Assembly: GCA_963718615.1 (NCBI GenBank)
Contig: OY970368.1
Span: 3,104,001-3,168,000, forward strand
Reading direction: 5' to 3'
Length of the DNA stretch: 64,000 nt
Source: an uncultured cyanobacterium
GTDB lineage: Bacteria > Cyanobacteriota > Cyanobacteriia > PCC-9006 > JAAUQQ01
The stretch's first letter is position 1. Each line of letters starts with the position of its first letter. Under the pieces are notes generated by a model. That model was not told where the DNA came from and did no database searches. It worked only from the letters and a program-made list of their open reading frames with translations. Positions 1 through 10,146 of the stretch are shown here, piece by piece. The position numbers and the translations under genes are program-made.

Positions 1-306
1 AGGTTACAGAGAGAATCAGGGTTTGACTGGCAAGTTTCCTACGAGTTTTAACGGATCAACATTCATGCAGTCTCGCTATAGAACTTCTAGGCAAGACTTA
101 AGATCCAAAGGGTGATTTCAGCTTGCGTCTACATTCCAGCTTACCCTCAGAGTTTTTCCAAGGCTGTTCCAGGGTTTCCGGTGTTAGTTTATAGTCCGTT
201 CATAAAGTTCGTTTACAAAAAGTTTGTTTACAAAGTTCGTTCACAATCGATAGCCGCTCGCGGTCGTTCGATTGGAGACGTTGAATTGTAGGGTTAGGGT
301 TCCCCC

Positions 307-2025
307 ATGCTTCGTCAATCCATTTCAGCCAGTATTATCTTGCTTTGGGCCGGGGCGATCGCGACCATTGCTACCCCAGCCCAGGCCCAAACCCCGCTGA
401 CGCGGGCGATTGTTTCTTCGCTCCGCAATCGGGTGAAGTTTCTGCCCCAAGGACGACCCGCCAGAAGCGCCCAGCTTTCGGACGTGATGGTGCCAGGGGA
501 TGGTTTAGCCACGGCTCGTTCCTCGTTGGCGGAGCTGCGGTTTAATGATGGTTCTCTCGCGCGGATGGGGGAGCAGGCGGTCTTTCGCTTTGTGCCCCAG
601 TCCCGGAGCTTTCGCCTGTCCAATGGAACAGTCTTGCTACTGATTCCCCCCGGTCAAGGGCATACCCAGATCCGCACCCCCAACGTCACAGCAGGGATTC
701 GGGGCTCGGCACTCTTCGTTCGTTATGATGCGGCGACCCAGAAAACCTTGGTAGGAGCTTTGACCGATAGCGGCATTGAGGTCAGTAATGCCGATGGCAG
801 TCAGCGTCAGGTGTTAAAAGCGGGCCAGGTGGCGATGGCGGTGGGCGATCGCATTGTCGGTCTCTACGACTTTGACTTAGAAGTGTTTTATAACACCAGT
901 CCCCTCGTGGATGGACTAGAACTCAATCAATTAACACCAGTGAACAGTGAAGATGAGGCGATCGCTCAAGTGCGGGAAGAGACTCTCGCTGGTATCGCAC
1001 AGCAAAGTGAATTTGCCACGGAGACGGCAACAGGCCCCATTTTGGTTAATCCTGAATTTGTTTCCCTGACGGCTACGCCTGCGATCCCCGTGCCCAATGG
1101 CTCCGCTCTGGGTCAACCTTCACTGCCTGGTGTGAACGGTGTTCCAGTGGCATTGCCCGGTCAGGATACCCTAACCCAAACCCAGCCCAACTTCCCGGTT
1201 TGGGATGCAGGGATGCAGCCTGGGTCGACGATGCCTAGCGCGGGCAATGGTAGTAACTCGGGCTACGAACCCCCTACAGTTCCTGGGGTCGTTCCTGAAG
1301 TCCCTGCGGTCGTTACGCCGCCACCAATACCAGTGGTCGAACTGCCCACAACGCCCTTACCTGAAGTTGTTCAGCAGATCCCCGAGGTTCCCGTTGATAC
1401 CGGGATTCCCTCTACGCCCGAAGTGGTGGCTTTTCCAGAGGTTCCCCCAGGACCTGAGGGTTTGTCGGGTTTAACCCCCCCCGAAGTAGAAGCCTCAGCA
1501 CCGGAGGTTCCAGAAGTTCCAGAAGTTCCGGAAGTCCCCGAAACGTCAGTGACGCCAGAAATGCCTGAGGTGCCGGAAGTCCCCGAAACGCCAGTGACGC
1601 CAGAAATGCCTGAGGTCCCAGAAGTTCCTGAAACTCCTATTACCCCGGAGGTCCCCGAAGTGCCGGAAGTCCCTGAGGTACCGGAAGTCCCTGAGACGCC
1701 AGAAGTGCCGGAAGTCCCCGAAACGCCAGTGACGCCGGAAGTGCCGGAGGTCCCAGAAGTTCCTGAAACTCCTATTACCCCGGAGGTCCCCGAGGTGCCG
1801 GAAGTCCCTGAGGTACCGGAAGTCCCTGAGACGCCAGAAGTGCCCGAGGTGCCTGAAACGCCTGAAACTCCAGAAGTGCCGGAGGTTTCTCCCCCTTTTG
1901 TCCCCGAGGAGCCGACGACCCCTGAAGCTCCAGAGACTCCTACAGTTCCTGAAGTTCCAGAGACCCCCACAGTCCCACCGGAAACTCCTGTAGATCCTAC
2001 GGATATTTTGATCGATGTCCTCTGA
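307..2025 (+). CDS. FecR-domain secreted protein with long Pro/Glu/Val/Thr-rich C-terminal tail
   Basis: Signal peptide ending AQA; FecR-like segment ([19 protein letters not shown]...LSNGTVLL...[13 protein letters not shown]); C-terminal PEV/PET repeats. Confidence 0.85.
   Translation: MLRQSISASIILLWAGAIATIATPAQAQTPLTRAIVSSLRNRVKFLPQGRPARSAQLSDVMVPGDGLATARSSLAELRFNDGSLARMGEQAVFRFVPQSRSFRLSNGTVLLLIPPGQGHTQIRTPNVTAGIRGSALFVRYDAATQKTLVGALTDSGIEVSNADGSQRQVLKAGQVAMAVGDRIVGLYDFDLEVFYNTSPLVDGLELNQLTPVNSEDEAIAQVREETLAGIAQQSEFATETATGPILVNPEFVSLTATPAIPVPNGSALGQPSLPGVNGVPVALPGQDTLTQTQPNFPVWDAGMQPGSTMPSAGNGSNSGYEPPTVPGVVPEVPAVVTPPPIPVVELPTTPLPEVVQQIPEVPVDTGIPSTPEVVAFPEVPPGPEGLSGLTPPEVEASAPEVPEVPEVPEVPETSVTPEMPEVPEVPETPVTPEMPEVPEVPETPITPEVPEVPEVPEVPEVPETPEVPEVPETPVTPEVPEVPEVPETPITPEVPEVPEVPEVPEVPETPEVPEVPETPETPEVPEVSPPFVPEEPTTPEAPETPTVPEVPETPTVPPETPVDPTDILIDVL
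1495..1995 (+). repeat. Coding 9-bp (PEV/PET) tandem repeat with a 135-bp higher-order duplication
   Basis: gaagttcctgaaactcctattaccccggaggtccccga occurs at 1621 and again at 1756; dozens of CCN-GAR-GTN triplets. Confidence 0.9.
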
Positions 2026-2075
2026 TCCCCACTGAAAACGGCTCGAACACAGAGGACAAAAATGAGAACAAAAAC

Positions 2076-2100
2076 AAGGACAAAATGGCTTTTTGTCCTT
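2076..2100 (+). terminator. Hairpin between the FecR gene and the barrel gene (terminator-like or RNA-stabilising)
   Basis: aaggacaaaa-tggct-ttttgtcctt inverted repeat. Confidence 0.4.
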
Positions 2101-2147
2101 GTCTCTTTGCGCTAAACTGCCTGAGGCTGTAGCGCGCTCGGTTTCAC

Positions 2148-3422
2148 TTGGCCCTGGAGGGGGATTCGTTGAGACGAGATTTCTTAAACCACCATCGCTT
2201 ATGGTTCCTAGTTGGGTTGTGCCTGGGGATTGATTGGTTGTCTCTTCCGGCGATCGCCACGGAGCCGATTTCTAAACCTGATCCCATCCCATGCTTATCT
2301 ACCGTTCTCCTTGATGTCCATCAAGAGGATACCTGTCGAGATCATGAGATTCAATTCAGTGACACGGCGTTAGAAATTGGCTTGGATGAGCCCCTGCTCA
2401 ATCCTTCCAGTCCAGATGCACCCACCCCAGAGTCCCAGGCTCAAACCGCAGACACCGTAACCGACAGTGTTCCTACGGACCCCCTAGAAGACCCACTCAC
2501 GCCCTCGTTTCCAGAGTCGATTGAGCCGCCGGAAGAGCTGGCCCCGGAGGGAGAGAATCCAACGGAGCCTAGTCCTGGGGCGGAAAACAGTACACCCGAA
2601 GGCGAAGCTGGAGAAGAGACCGATGGCGACATGGGGAGCAGCGATTCAGGGGGTGATCCCGATCTGGGCACGCTTCGACTGAAGGAACGGGAGCTGTCGC
2701 TACAGCGACCTCCGATCCGGATTCCGGTTTATTTTTCACTTGACAGCAGCTACCTCAGCACCAGCAACACCCTGGCCAGCGAAAACTTTCTGGACGATCG
2801 CCTATTCCGTACAACAACCGCGTTGACGGTTTCGCCGATTTTGAACCGCAAAACCTTTCTGTTTGGCTCGGTGCAGGGTAGTGTGTATCGTTACGGTGAA
2901 CTCTCTCGCCTCGACTACAACGAATTGCGGCTGCAAGTGGGAGCCCGACGGGTGTTGTTTCCTCGGGTGGTGGGAGAACTGAGCTGGAGCAATCGGCAGC
3001 TGTATTTTCGGGAGAATGGCGATCGCTTCCTCAACGAACAGGCTTTGAGCCTGGGGATCTCCCGCCGTGATCCCCTCATGGAAAAAGTCTATGTAGATAG
3101 CTTTTACCGACTGCGGGCAGGATTTGCCGAGCCACAGACCAGCAGCCGAGTGGTGCAGATTTTGGGTTCTACCTTAAATTACGACGTTACCCGGCAGATC
3201 AATCTTTCGATCACGGGACTGGGGGTTTGGACGCAATATACCCAGCGCGATCGCCAGGACCTCTATGGTCAAGTTCTGGGCCGCCTGACCTATAAACTGG
3301 CAGACAATACCAAGCTTGGATTGTTTGCCGCCTGGGCTCAAGGGGAATCGTCGAGTCAGGGCGTTGATTTTGACAATACCCTCTTGGGGATTAGCTTTGA
3401 TACTAATATCAAGCTGTTTTAG
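2148..3422 (+). CDS. Outer-membrane beta-barrel protein with acidic Pro-rich periplasmic N-terminus
   Basis: Signal-like N-terminus, alternating amphipathic strands in the C-terminal ~230 aa, terminal Phe (ISFDTNIKLF). Confidence 0.7.
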   Translation: MALEGDSLRRDFLNHHRLWFLVGLCLGIDWLSLPAIATEPISKPDPIPCLSTVLLDVHQEDTCRDHEIQFSDTALEIGLDEPLLNPSSPDAPTPESQAQTADTVTDSVPTDPLEDPLTPSFPESIEPPEELAPEGENPTEPSPGAENSTPEGEAGEETDGDMGSSDSGGDPDLGTLRLKERELSLQRPPIRIPVYFSLDSSYLSTSNTLASENFLDDRLFRTTTALTVSPILNRKTFLFGSVQGSVYRYGELSRLDYNELRLQVGARRVLFPRVVGELSWSNRQLYFRENGDRFLNEQALSLGISRRDPLMEKVYVDSFYRLRAGFAEPQTSSRVVQILGSTLNYDVTRQINLSITGLGVWTQYTQRDRQDLYGQVLGRLTYKLADNTKLGLFAAWAQGESSSQGVDFDNTLLGISFDTNIKLF

Positions 3423-3441
3423 GATTGGGTTAGGGGGTTCC

Positions 3442-5019
3442 ATGGCTTCATCATCGCTTCTGCAACAGTTTCATCGCTGGCGGCTCGGAATGCTAGAACC
3501 CCTGCCCCTGGTCTTACCCAACCGGGCGGTGATCAACAAACGCTATCAAATCCTCTGTCAGCTCGGGCGAGGTGAGGTTGAACGTACCTACTTAGCGGAA
3601 GATTGGCACCACAAGAATCGCTGGTGTGTACTCAAGGAAATTGTGCCTCGCCTACTCAACCCTCGGATGTTGGCGGAGGGGCGGCGGCGGTTTGAGCAAG
3701 AGGTGTCGCTGCTGCGAGACCTGGAGCATCCGCAATTGCCCGCCTTTGGCGAGATGCTGGAATGTGAATTCGCTGGGCTGCATCGCTGGATCGTGGTGCA
3801 GGAATGGCTTGAAGGCATGAGCTATCTCGACTTGGTCAAAAGCCGTCCCTACCGTGAGGAGGAAGTCCTACGGTTTTTGCAGGAGGTGTTTCCAGCGCTG
3901 CATTATTTGCACCAGCAGGATCCACCGGTGATTCATGGCAACCTCTCGCCGGAGACGATTTTACACAGCAGCGAGATGGACAAGCCCATCTTGATTAACT
4001 TTGGCACGTTCAAACATATTGCCGCCCAGATTGCCGATCCCTTTGGTGACCCGGTGTCGCCAAGGCTGCGGCTGTATCGTCCGCCGGAGCAGTTTCGCGG
4101 TCATCTGAGTCCCTCGACGGATCTCTATGCCTTGGCGGTGACAGTGCTGACGCTGCTCACGGGCTGTCCGGATCCGCGAGAGTTTTATGATGCCAAACGG
4201 CGAGAATGGCGCTGGGCCAAACATGTGGCAGTGAGTGTGGGTTTCGTCGTGGTCCTAGACCGAATGCTTCAGGCCGATCCCAATCTTCGCTATCCCTCCG
4301 TGGCGGATGTCCAGGAAGCCTTGGCAGCCATTCATAGCCGTCGGCCAGTCCCGGTGCCTGAAGCGGTGGTGCTGTTATCCAGCCCAACTCAATCCCTAGG
4401 CTCTGCATCCCTAGGCTCTACATCCTTGGGTACTACCGCCACCGCTCCCTATCTTTTACCCCCGGCTCCGACGCTCACGACGCTCAACGCCACCCTCGCC
4501 ACAGGCTTCACGACAACCCTGACCACAACCGCCCAACAGCTTCAGGGGACCATTCACCAGGGCGGCACCTGGGTGGCGGCTGGGCTGCAGCGCAGTGGGG
4601 TGGGGGTGCGATCGCAGCTCCTAAAACTCAAACAAATCCCCCCCGACAAAGCCCTGAATGGCCTGCTGGGTCTCCTGTTCTGGGGCAGCATCCTAGGGTT
4701 TTTGGGGCTCAGTGGCTATGCCGGACTGCGGCTGGTTCACCGGCTCAAGCAAGATCCCGCTATCCAGGCGGTGACGGCGGCTCCGGCGGTGATCCGCTCG
4801 ACCTATTTGCCCGATGGTGACCTGGAAAGTTGCCACACCAACCTAGCTCAGCGCTATCTGAATTTATCTCAGCCCAGTTGGACTGAAGTGGATCAACGGT
4901 TTGCCGCTGCCTTTCCCGGATTTCCGGGGCCGATTGAAGCTCGTAATCCCGACCATGCGTTTTATTTGCAGGAATGGTGTTTTCTTGCGAATCAGTGGCT
5001 AGAAGACCAAGGGAATTAA
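3442..5019 (+). CDS. Membrane-anchored Ser/Thr protein kinase-like protein, probable pseudokinase
   Basis: Hanks-type fold (YQILCQLGRG, VLKE, LEHPQLP, PPEQ, TDLYAL) with degenerate HGNLSPET and NFG motifs; one TM helix near the C-terminus; start moved to ATG 3442. Confidence 0.85.
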   Translation: MASSSLLQQFHRWRLGMLEPLPLVLPNRAVINKRYQILCQLGRGEVERTYLAEDWHHKNRWCVLKEIVPRLLNPRMLAEGRRRFEQEVSLLRDLEHPQLPAFGEMLECEFAGLHRWIVVQEWLEGMSYLDLVKSRPYREEEVLRFLQEVFPALHYLHQQDPPVIHGNLSPETILHSSEMDKPILINFGTFKHIAAQIADPFGDPVSPRLRLYRPPEQFRGHLSPSTDLYALAVTVLTLLTGCPDPREFYDAKRREWRWAKHVAVSVGFVVVLDRMLQADPNLRYPSVADVQEALAAIHSRRPVPVPEAVVLLSSPTQSLGSASLGSTSLGTTATAPYLLPPAPTLTTLNATLATGFTTTLTTTAQQLQGTIHQGGTWVAAGLQRSGVGVRSQLLKLKQIPPDKALNGLLGLLFWGSILGFLGLSGYAGLRLVHRLKQDPAIQAVTAAPAVIRSTYLPDGDLESCHTNLAQRYLNLSQPSWTEVDQRFAAAFPGFPGPIEARNPDHAFYLQEWCFLANQWLEDQGN

Positions 5020-5232
5020 AGCAGAAGCTTCCAGAAAACCCCAATGCAGGCAAGGGTATTTTTGGCAACATACTTTTACAATTATTTTTGCTACCATAGG
5101 ACTAGTGAGGAAGCGTAAGGTCCTGGGAGCAGAATCGAACAACCCAGGGCTCACAGGATTGCTGGATGACTGATTACTGGATGACTGATTGTTGGATTAT
5201 TGATTGTTAAATCAATCCCGGAGGCTTTCGCC

Positions 5233-5679
5233 ATGGCACTCGCCAGACAGATTGAAACCTATGCCCTGGAAACAGTTCAAGGGGGAATGGCTCAGTTCTA
5301 TACACCTCAAGCCAGTGATGAAACGATGTTGGTGGAGCTACCGCCCCATGCCCAGGATGATTTGTTCGTGCATCGCTACCAAACCGATCAGTTATTCGTG
5401 GTGCGCGGCAGATTTGTCCTGGTGGTCCTAGAAAATCGGCGCTATCGCTACGTACCGATGCAGGCCGATGACCGGCAAATGGTGAAAATTCCGCCCGGTG
5501 TCCCCCATGGGGCGATTAACTTTAGCGATGAACCCTGTTTTGTCGTGAATGCAGTCCTGCGCCACGGCGATTCTCATCCCAAGGACTATCAACCGCTCAA
5601 GCGTCCCTTTGAGTATGACCGCGAGGCGGCTTGGCGATCGCTCACCGCCTACAGTGCCGAAACCGCCTGCGCTGCCTAA
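5233..5679 (+). CDS. Cupin-fold dTDP-4-dehydrorhamnose 3,5-epimerase-like protein
   Basis: Cupin motifs DDLFVHRYQTDQLFVV and KIPPGVPHGAIN. Confidence 0.7.
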   Translation: MALARQIETYALETVQGGMAQFYTPQASDETMLVELPPHAQDDLFVHRYQTDQLFVVRGRFVLVVLENRRYRYVPMQADDRQMVKIPPGVPHGAINFSDEPCFVVNAVLRHGDSHPKDYQPLKRPFEYDREAAWRSLTAYSAETACAA

Positions 5680-5775
5680 ATCGCTCCCTCCCCCCGGCCC
5701 TTGCCCCTCTGCCGGATGCGAAGGCTAGTGCGCTAAAGTATTGAAGGATACTTTAGTCATGATGCCCCTGTCTCT

Positions 5776-6951
5776 GTGACCGTTACTCGACGCCAATTTT
5801 TAACCGGTACTGCTGCGATCGCCGCCGGACAGCTCGCCACCGGCTGTGCCGCCCTGCCCTTTTGGCAGCCTCCCCATTTCAAGGTTCAGATTTTGGACGG
5901 TACGATTCCGGTACAATTGCTCAGTCGATTTCGCAGCCAAGTGAAGGGCCAAGGCAAACTCAAATTTGTCCCGGTCACCACGCCCAAAGAGATTTTCACC
6001 ATTTTGCAATATTGGCAGCGGGGCCTCAATGCCTACCAACGGGGGCTGATTAAGCTACCGTTTCGAGCGGGAAAGGAACCGGTCGATTTAATTTCTTTGG
6101 GAGATGCCTGGCTGACGGGTGCGATTCGCCAACAGTTGATTCAGCCTCTGGATGCTAACGCTTGGAGCGCCTGGTCCGAGCTTCCGTCCCAATTTCAGCA
6201 GATCGTACAGCGAGATGCTCAAGGCTTCCCGACAGCGGAGGGGCAAACTTGGGGGGCTCCCTATCGTTGGGGTAGCACGGTGATTGCCTATCGCAAAAAC
6301 CGCCTTAAGCCCTTGGGCTTCAAGATTCAAGACTGGTCCGATCTGTGGAATCCGGCCCTGAAGGGACAAATTTCGTTGCTCAATGACCCCCGTGAGGTCC
6401 TAGGACTGGCGCTGAAGCAGTTGGGTGGGTCTTACAATACGGAAAAGTTGGCGGGGGTTGCTGGGCTCAAGGCGAAGTTAGGTGCGTTGCACCAACAAGT
6501 TAAGGTCTATTCGTCCGACAACTACCTGCAACCGTTGATGTTGGAAGATACTTGGGTGGCGGTGGGGTGGTCGGGAGATTTGTTGCCGTTGTTGCAGCGC
6601 GATCGCAATCTGGTCCTAGTCTATCCGCGATCGGGCACAGCCCTCTGGGCCGATTTGTGGGTACAACCGCGCAGTGCTAAGCCCTTGAGTATGTCGGCGA
6701 ATGACTGGATTAATTTTTGCTGGCAGCCTGAGATTGCGGAGTTGCTCTCTCGGTTTACAGATGCGGTGTCACCGAGGGCGTTAACAGGGACCGTTGCAGC
6801 TGCTTGGACCCAAACGATTCAGCACCGAGAGGTGTTATTACCGGACGGGGAAGCCCTCAGCCGCAGTGAGTTTATTCAGCCCTTGCCCCAAGAGAGTTTG
6901 GATGAGTATCAAGCATTGTGGTTGGCGATGCGGAAGGGAGAACTGATATAA
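5776..6951 (+). CDS. Polyamine ABC transporter periplasmic binding protein (PotD/PotF-like), Tat-type lipoprotein signal
   Basis: TRRQFL twin-arginine signal and ATGC lipobox; PYRWGSTVIAY, DWSDLWNPALKGQISLL, AVGWSGD. Confidence 0.8.
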   Translation: MTVTRRQFLTGTAAIAAGQLATGCAALPFWQPPHFKVQILDGTIPVQLLSRFRSQVKGQGKLKFVPVTTPKEIFTILQYWQRGLNAYQRGLIKLPFRAGKEPVDLISLGDAWLTGAIRQQLIQPLDANAWSAWSELPSQFQQIVQRDAQGFPTAEGQTWGAPYRWGSTVIAYRKNRLKPLGFKIQDWSDLWNPALKGQISLLNDPREVLGLALKQLGGSYNTEKLAGVAGLKAKLGALHQQVKVYSSDNYLQPLMLEDTWVAVGWSGDLLPLLQRDRNLVLVYPRSGTALWADLWVQPRSAKPLSMSANDWINFCWQPEIAELLSRFTDAVSPRALTGTVAAAWTQTIQHREVLLPDGEALSRSEFIQPLPQESLDEYQALWLAMRKGELI

Positions 6952-7190
6952 AGTCTGGTCCATTAATCGGGGATAAGGGAGCGCCACCCTCGCGATCGCC
7001 AGAACAACCACCAGAACAATCGTCAGAAAATTACCAAGGAAAATATCACTGGCAAAGTCCTCAAAGTTATGTTTAGAGTGGCCTGGGCTTATCGGGTCTA
7101 GCGGCTGGGTTCATGGGTTTATGTTGGTGAATGGGCTAACGAGAGGATGTGCGACAATGGGGGGCTGGACTTTTTTGCAGAGCTAGCGTT

Positions 7191-7526
7191 ATGGTCACTC
7201 AGTTTATTACGGATGAAGCAGGTAAACGGGTAGGTGTTGTACTGGATTGGACGACCTACCAAAGGCTTGTGCATCGTGAGGTTCAGGATCCTGAGTTATT
7301 GCCAGGATTGGGCGCAGAGGAGTTGTCGATTTTGGCCAATGTGAGTTTGGCTGCTGAGTTGCAACAGGAAATGAGTGAGCTTTTGGCAAGGAACCAAGAG
7401 GGGCAGGTGTCGGAGTCGGAGGCTGATCGTCTAGATGATTTGTTGGATCAGGTCGATCGCCTAAATATTCTTAAGGCTCGTGCGAGGTATACGATTGAGC
7501 AGTTGTATACACCGTCTATGCCATGA
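7191..7526 (+). CDS. Small putative antitoxin-like protein
   Basis: N-terminus QFITDEAGKRVGVVL typical of small antitoxin-like proteins; stop overlaps the start of the following HNH gene (ATGA). Confidence 0.6.
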   Translation: MVTQFITDEAGKRVGVVLDWTTYQRLVHREVQDPELLPGLGAEELSILANVSLAAELQQEMSELLARNQEGQVSESEADRLDDLLDQVDRLNILKARARYTIEQLYTPSMP

Positions 7527-7660
7527 GTGTTTACGTACCTGTTGAGTTACAGCGCAGGGTGCGAGGGCAGTTTTATGGTTGCTGTGCCTACTGCCGAACA
7601 GCAGAATCTTTGACGGCTACAACATTTGAGTTTGAGCACATTGTCCCTTTGTCATCGACC
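7523..7660 (+). pseudogene. Truncated HNH endonuclease (5' fragment only)
   Basis: CCAYCR...FEFEHIVPLS HNH start, then homology is lost (no GG..N..N..CxxCN); the rest of the 230-aa ORF is antisense to mutS2. Confidence 0.75.
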
Positions 7661-7716
7661 GAAAACCCTTCAACGGTCTGTGCTGTTTCAACGCCTGCCA
7701 AATTTCCTCATCAACC

Positions 7717-10146
7717 TTATATCTTCAAATACACCACCGTCACCCCCGTTCCCCCATCCGCCTGCTCCGCCGCCTCAAATCGCTCCACCTGGGGATGCTG
7801 CTTGAGAAAATCCTGCACCCCGCGCCGTAGCTTACCCGTGCCGTGGCCATGGATAATCCAAATGGGTCCTGCGGCCTCGGCAATAAACCGATCGACCTCG
7901 ATTTCCGCATCGCTCACCTTGCTGCCCCGCAGATCTAGCGTATTGCGGGAGGTTCGGATGGCGGGGGCTGCTGGGCGATCGCCCTCCTCCACCTTCGGGT
8001 CTGACCTAAAGGACTCCAGCACTTTGATCTTCGCCTTGGCCTCCGGCATCTGTCCCTTCTCTCCCTGGAGCGACTCCACATCCGCCAGGGTCACCATCAT
8101 TTTCATCAAACCAAACCGCACCTGTAACTCACCTTCCGGCGTCGCCACGGTCAAGACCTCTGCAACCTGCCCCCCCAGGCGAGGTAAACGCACCCGCTCA
8201 CCCACCTGGGGCTGATAGCCCGGTTTCGGTTTTCGTTTCTGTTGGGAAGGCAACTGGGCAGCGATCGCCTCCACTGCCTCCGTCGCCTGCTGTGCCCGCT
8301 TCGCCCGCTGCTGGGAATCCTGGGGACCCCTTTGGAGTTGCCGGATCACCTGGGCAATTTCGCCCTTAGCTTGGGCGATCGCCGCCTGGACCGCCTGTTC
8401 CTGCTGCGCCTTGAGTTCCTGCTCCCGCGCCTGTAGCTCCGCTGCTTTGCGAGACACTTGGGCATAGAACTTCTCTGCCTCTGCCACCAGCTTTGCCGCC
8501 TCCGCCGCCTTTTCTTCCTGGACTCGTCGCTGGGCTTCTAATCCTGCAATCACTTCATTGACTTCTGTGGAAGCTCCAGGGCTGACAAAATCGCGGGCGG
8601 ATTCGATGATGTCGGACTTGAGACCCAGACGCTGGGCGATCGCCAAGGCATTGGACCGTCCCGGAATTCCCCAGAGCAGTCGGTAGGTGGGCGAAAGCGT
8701 CTGGACATCAAATTCCACCGAGGCATTTTCAAACCGTTCATCGCTATATTTCAGCGCCTTGAGTTCGCCAAAGTGGGTGGTGGCGACGGTAAGACGGGTG
8801 GTATCGGCTAGGTGTTTGAGGAGGGCGATCGCCAAGGCGCTACCTTCAGAAGGATCGGTCCCCGCCCCCACTTCATCCAACAGCACAAGGGAGTTGGGGT
8901 GGTTTTCCAAGGCCTCCAGGATCCGCCCAATCCGTTTAATATGGCCGGAGAATGTGGACAAGCTCTGCTGGAGCGACTGTTCATCGCCAATATCCGCCAG
9001 GACTTGGTCAAACCAAGGCAGCTCGACCGGTTCGCGGGCCGGAACAAACAGACCTGCCTTCGCCATCAGAGCCGCGAGCCCCAAGGTTTTGAGCGTCACG
9101 GTTTTGCCCCCGGTATTGGGACCAGTAATCGCGACGACCCGCAGATTGGGGTCAATGCGTAGGTGGGTTGGAACAACGCCATTGCCTTGTTCGTGGCGCT
9201 CTTGCCAGATCAACAGCGGATGGCGCAACTCTCGCAGCGTCGTTGATTCTGGCGTTTCGCTGGCCAGAAAACGGGGCGGATTGCCTTCGAGCCAGTAGCT
9301 ATAGCGAGCACGGGCCGCCGCCAGATCAAGGGTCGTGGCAACGGCCAGCAGATGCTCCAAATCCTCTAGGACTTCGGCGATTTGCTCCGACAACCGGCGA
9401 CGCACCCGTTCTTCTTCAACCTGCTCTTGACGCAGCAACTGTCTAAGCTGATTGTTGCCATTCACCACGCTGCTGGGCTCAACGTAGAGGGTTGCGCCAC
9501 TCGATGAACTGTCGTGGACAATGCCGGGAATGACATCTTTGTGGGAGGCCTTGACCGGAATGACAAACCGGTTGTCCCGCTGGGTCACCACCGCCTCTTG
9601 AATGGCGCTGGCCTTGACCTGCATAATCCGCTGAAGTTTGCGATAGACTTCGTCCCGCTGGGATTTGAGCTTGGTTCGCAGGGCTCCAAGGGTTTCGCTG
9701 GCGCGATCGGTGACTTTGCCGCGATCGTCGATGCAGTGATGGATCTGCTGTTCTAGCTCTGGATAGGTCCGCAGGTCCGCCACTAGGCCCACGAGTGTGG
9801 GCAGGTCGTCCTCATGGGCATCAATGAGTCGACGGAGGTTGCGCACTCCGGCTAGGGTCGTCGCTACGGACAGCAACTCTTCGCCGGAGAGAATGCCCCC
9901 ATGGCCCGCCCGCTCTAGGGCAGCGCTAATGTCCTCGATGCCGTCAAAGGAAAGCGAGGGGGTCAGCCGAGACTCTAGGTCATAGATCTCGGTGGTTTGG
10001 GTGAGCAGATGTTCGCTTTCGGCTTGGGTTTGGGGGATGCGCAGTTGACCGGTGGCGATCGCCCCCAACTTTGTCGCCGCAAACGTAGCGACATGCTGGC
10101 ACAGACGCGGCCATTCGAGCAGGTTTAAGGTTTCGTCTTGAATCAC
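7717..10146 (-). CDS. mutS2: Endonuclease MutS2
   Basis: ITGPNTGGKT Walker A, QSLSTFSGH, LLDEVGAGTDP, C-terminal Smr domain (LDLRG...IIHGHGTG). Confidence 0.97.
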   Translation of the reverse strand: MIQDETLNLLEWPRLCQHVATFAATKLGAIATGQLRIPQTQAESEHLLTQTTEIYDLESRLTPSLSFDGIEDISAALERAGHGGILSGEELLSVATTLAGVRNLRRLIDAHEDDLPTLVGLVADLRTYPELEQQIHHCIDDRGKVTDRASETLGALRTKLKSQRDEVYRKLQRIMQVKASAIQEAVVTQRDNRFVIPVKASHKDVIPGIVHDSSSSGATLYVEPSSVVNGNNQLRQLLRQEQVEEERVRRRLSEQIAEVLEDLEHLLAVATTLDLAAARARYSYWLEGNPPRFLASETPESTTLRELRHPLLIWQERHEQGNGVVPTHLRIDPNLRVVAITGPNTGGKTVTLKTLGLAALMAKAGLFVPAREPVELPWFDQVLADIGDEQSLQQSLSTFSGHIKRIGRILEALENHPNSLVLLDEVGAGTDPSEGSALAIALLKHLADTTRLTVATTHFGELKALKYSDERFENASVEFDVQTLSPTYRLLWGIPGRSNALAIAQRLGLKSDIIESARDFVSPGASTEVNEVIAGLEAQRRVQEEKAAEAAKLVAEAEKFYAQVSRKAAELQAREQELKAQQEQAVQAAIAQAKGEIAQVIRQLQRGPQDSQQRAKRAQQATEAVEAIAAQLPSQQKRKPKPGYQPQVGERVRLPRLGGQVAEVLTVATPEGELQVRFGLMKMMVTLADVESLQGEKGQMPEAKAKIKVLESFRSDPKVEEGDRPAAPAIRTSRNTLDLRGSKVSDAEIEVDRFIAEAAGPIWIIHGHGTGKLRRGVQDFLKQHPQVERFEAAEQADGGTGVTVVYLKI

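Noticed and set aside
1371-1970. 199-aa (GTS)n ORF on the minus strand
   Set aside because: Antisense shadow of the PEV/PET repeat of the FecR gene
7523-8215. 230-aa ORF as a full-length HNH nuclease
   Set aside because: Only the first ~45 aa are HNH-like; the rest is read-through antisense to mutS2
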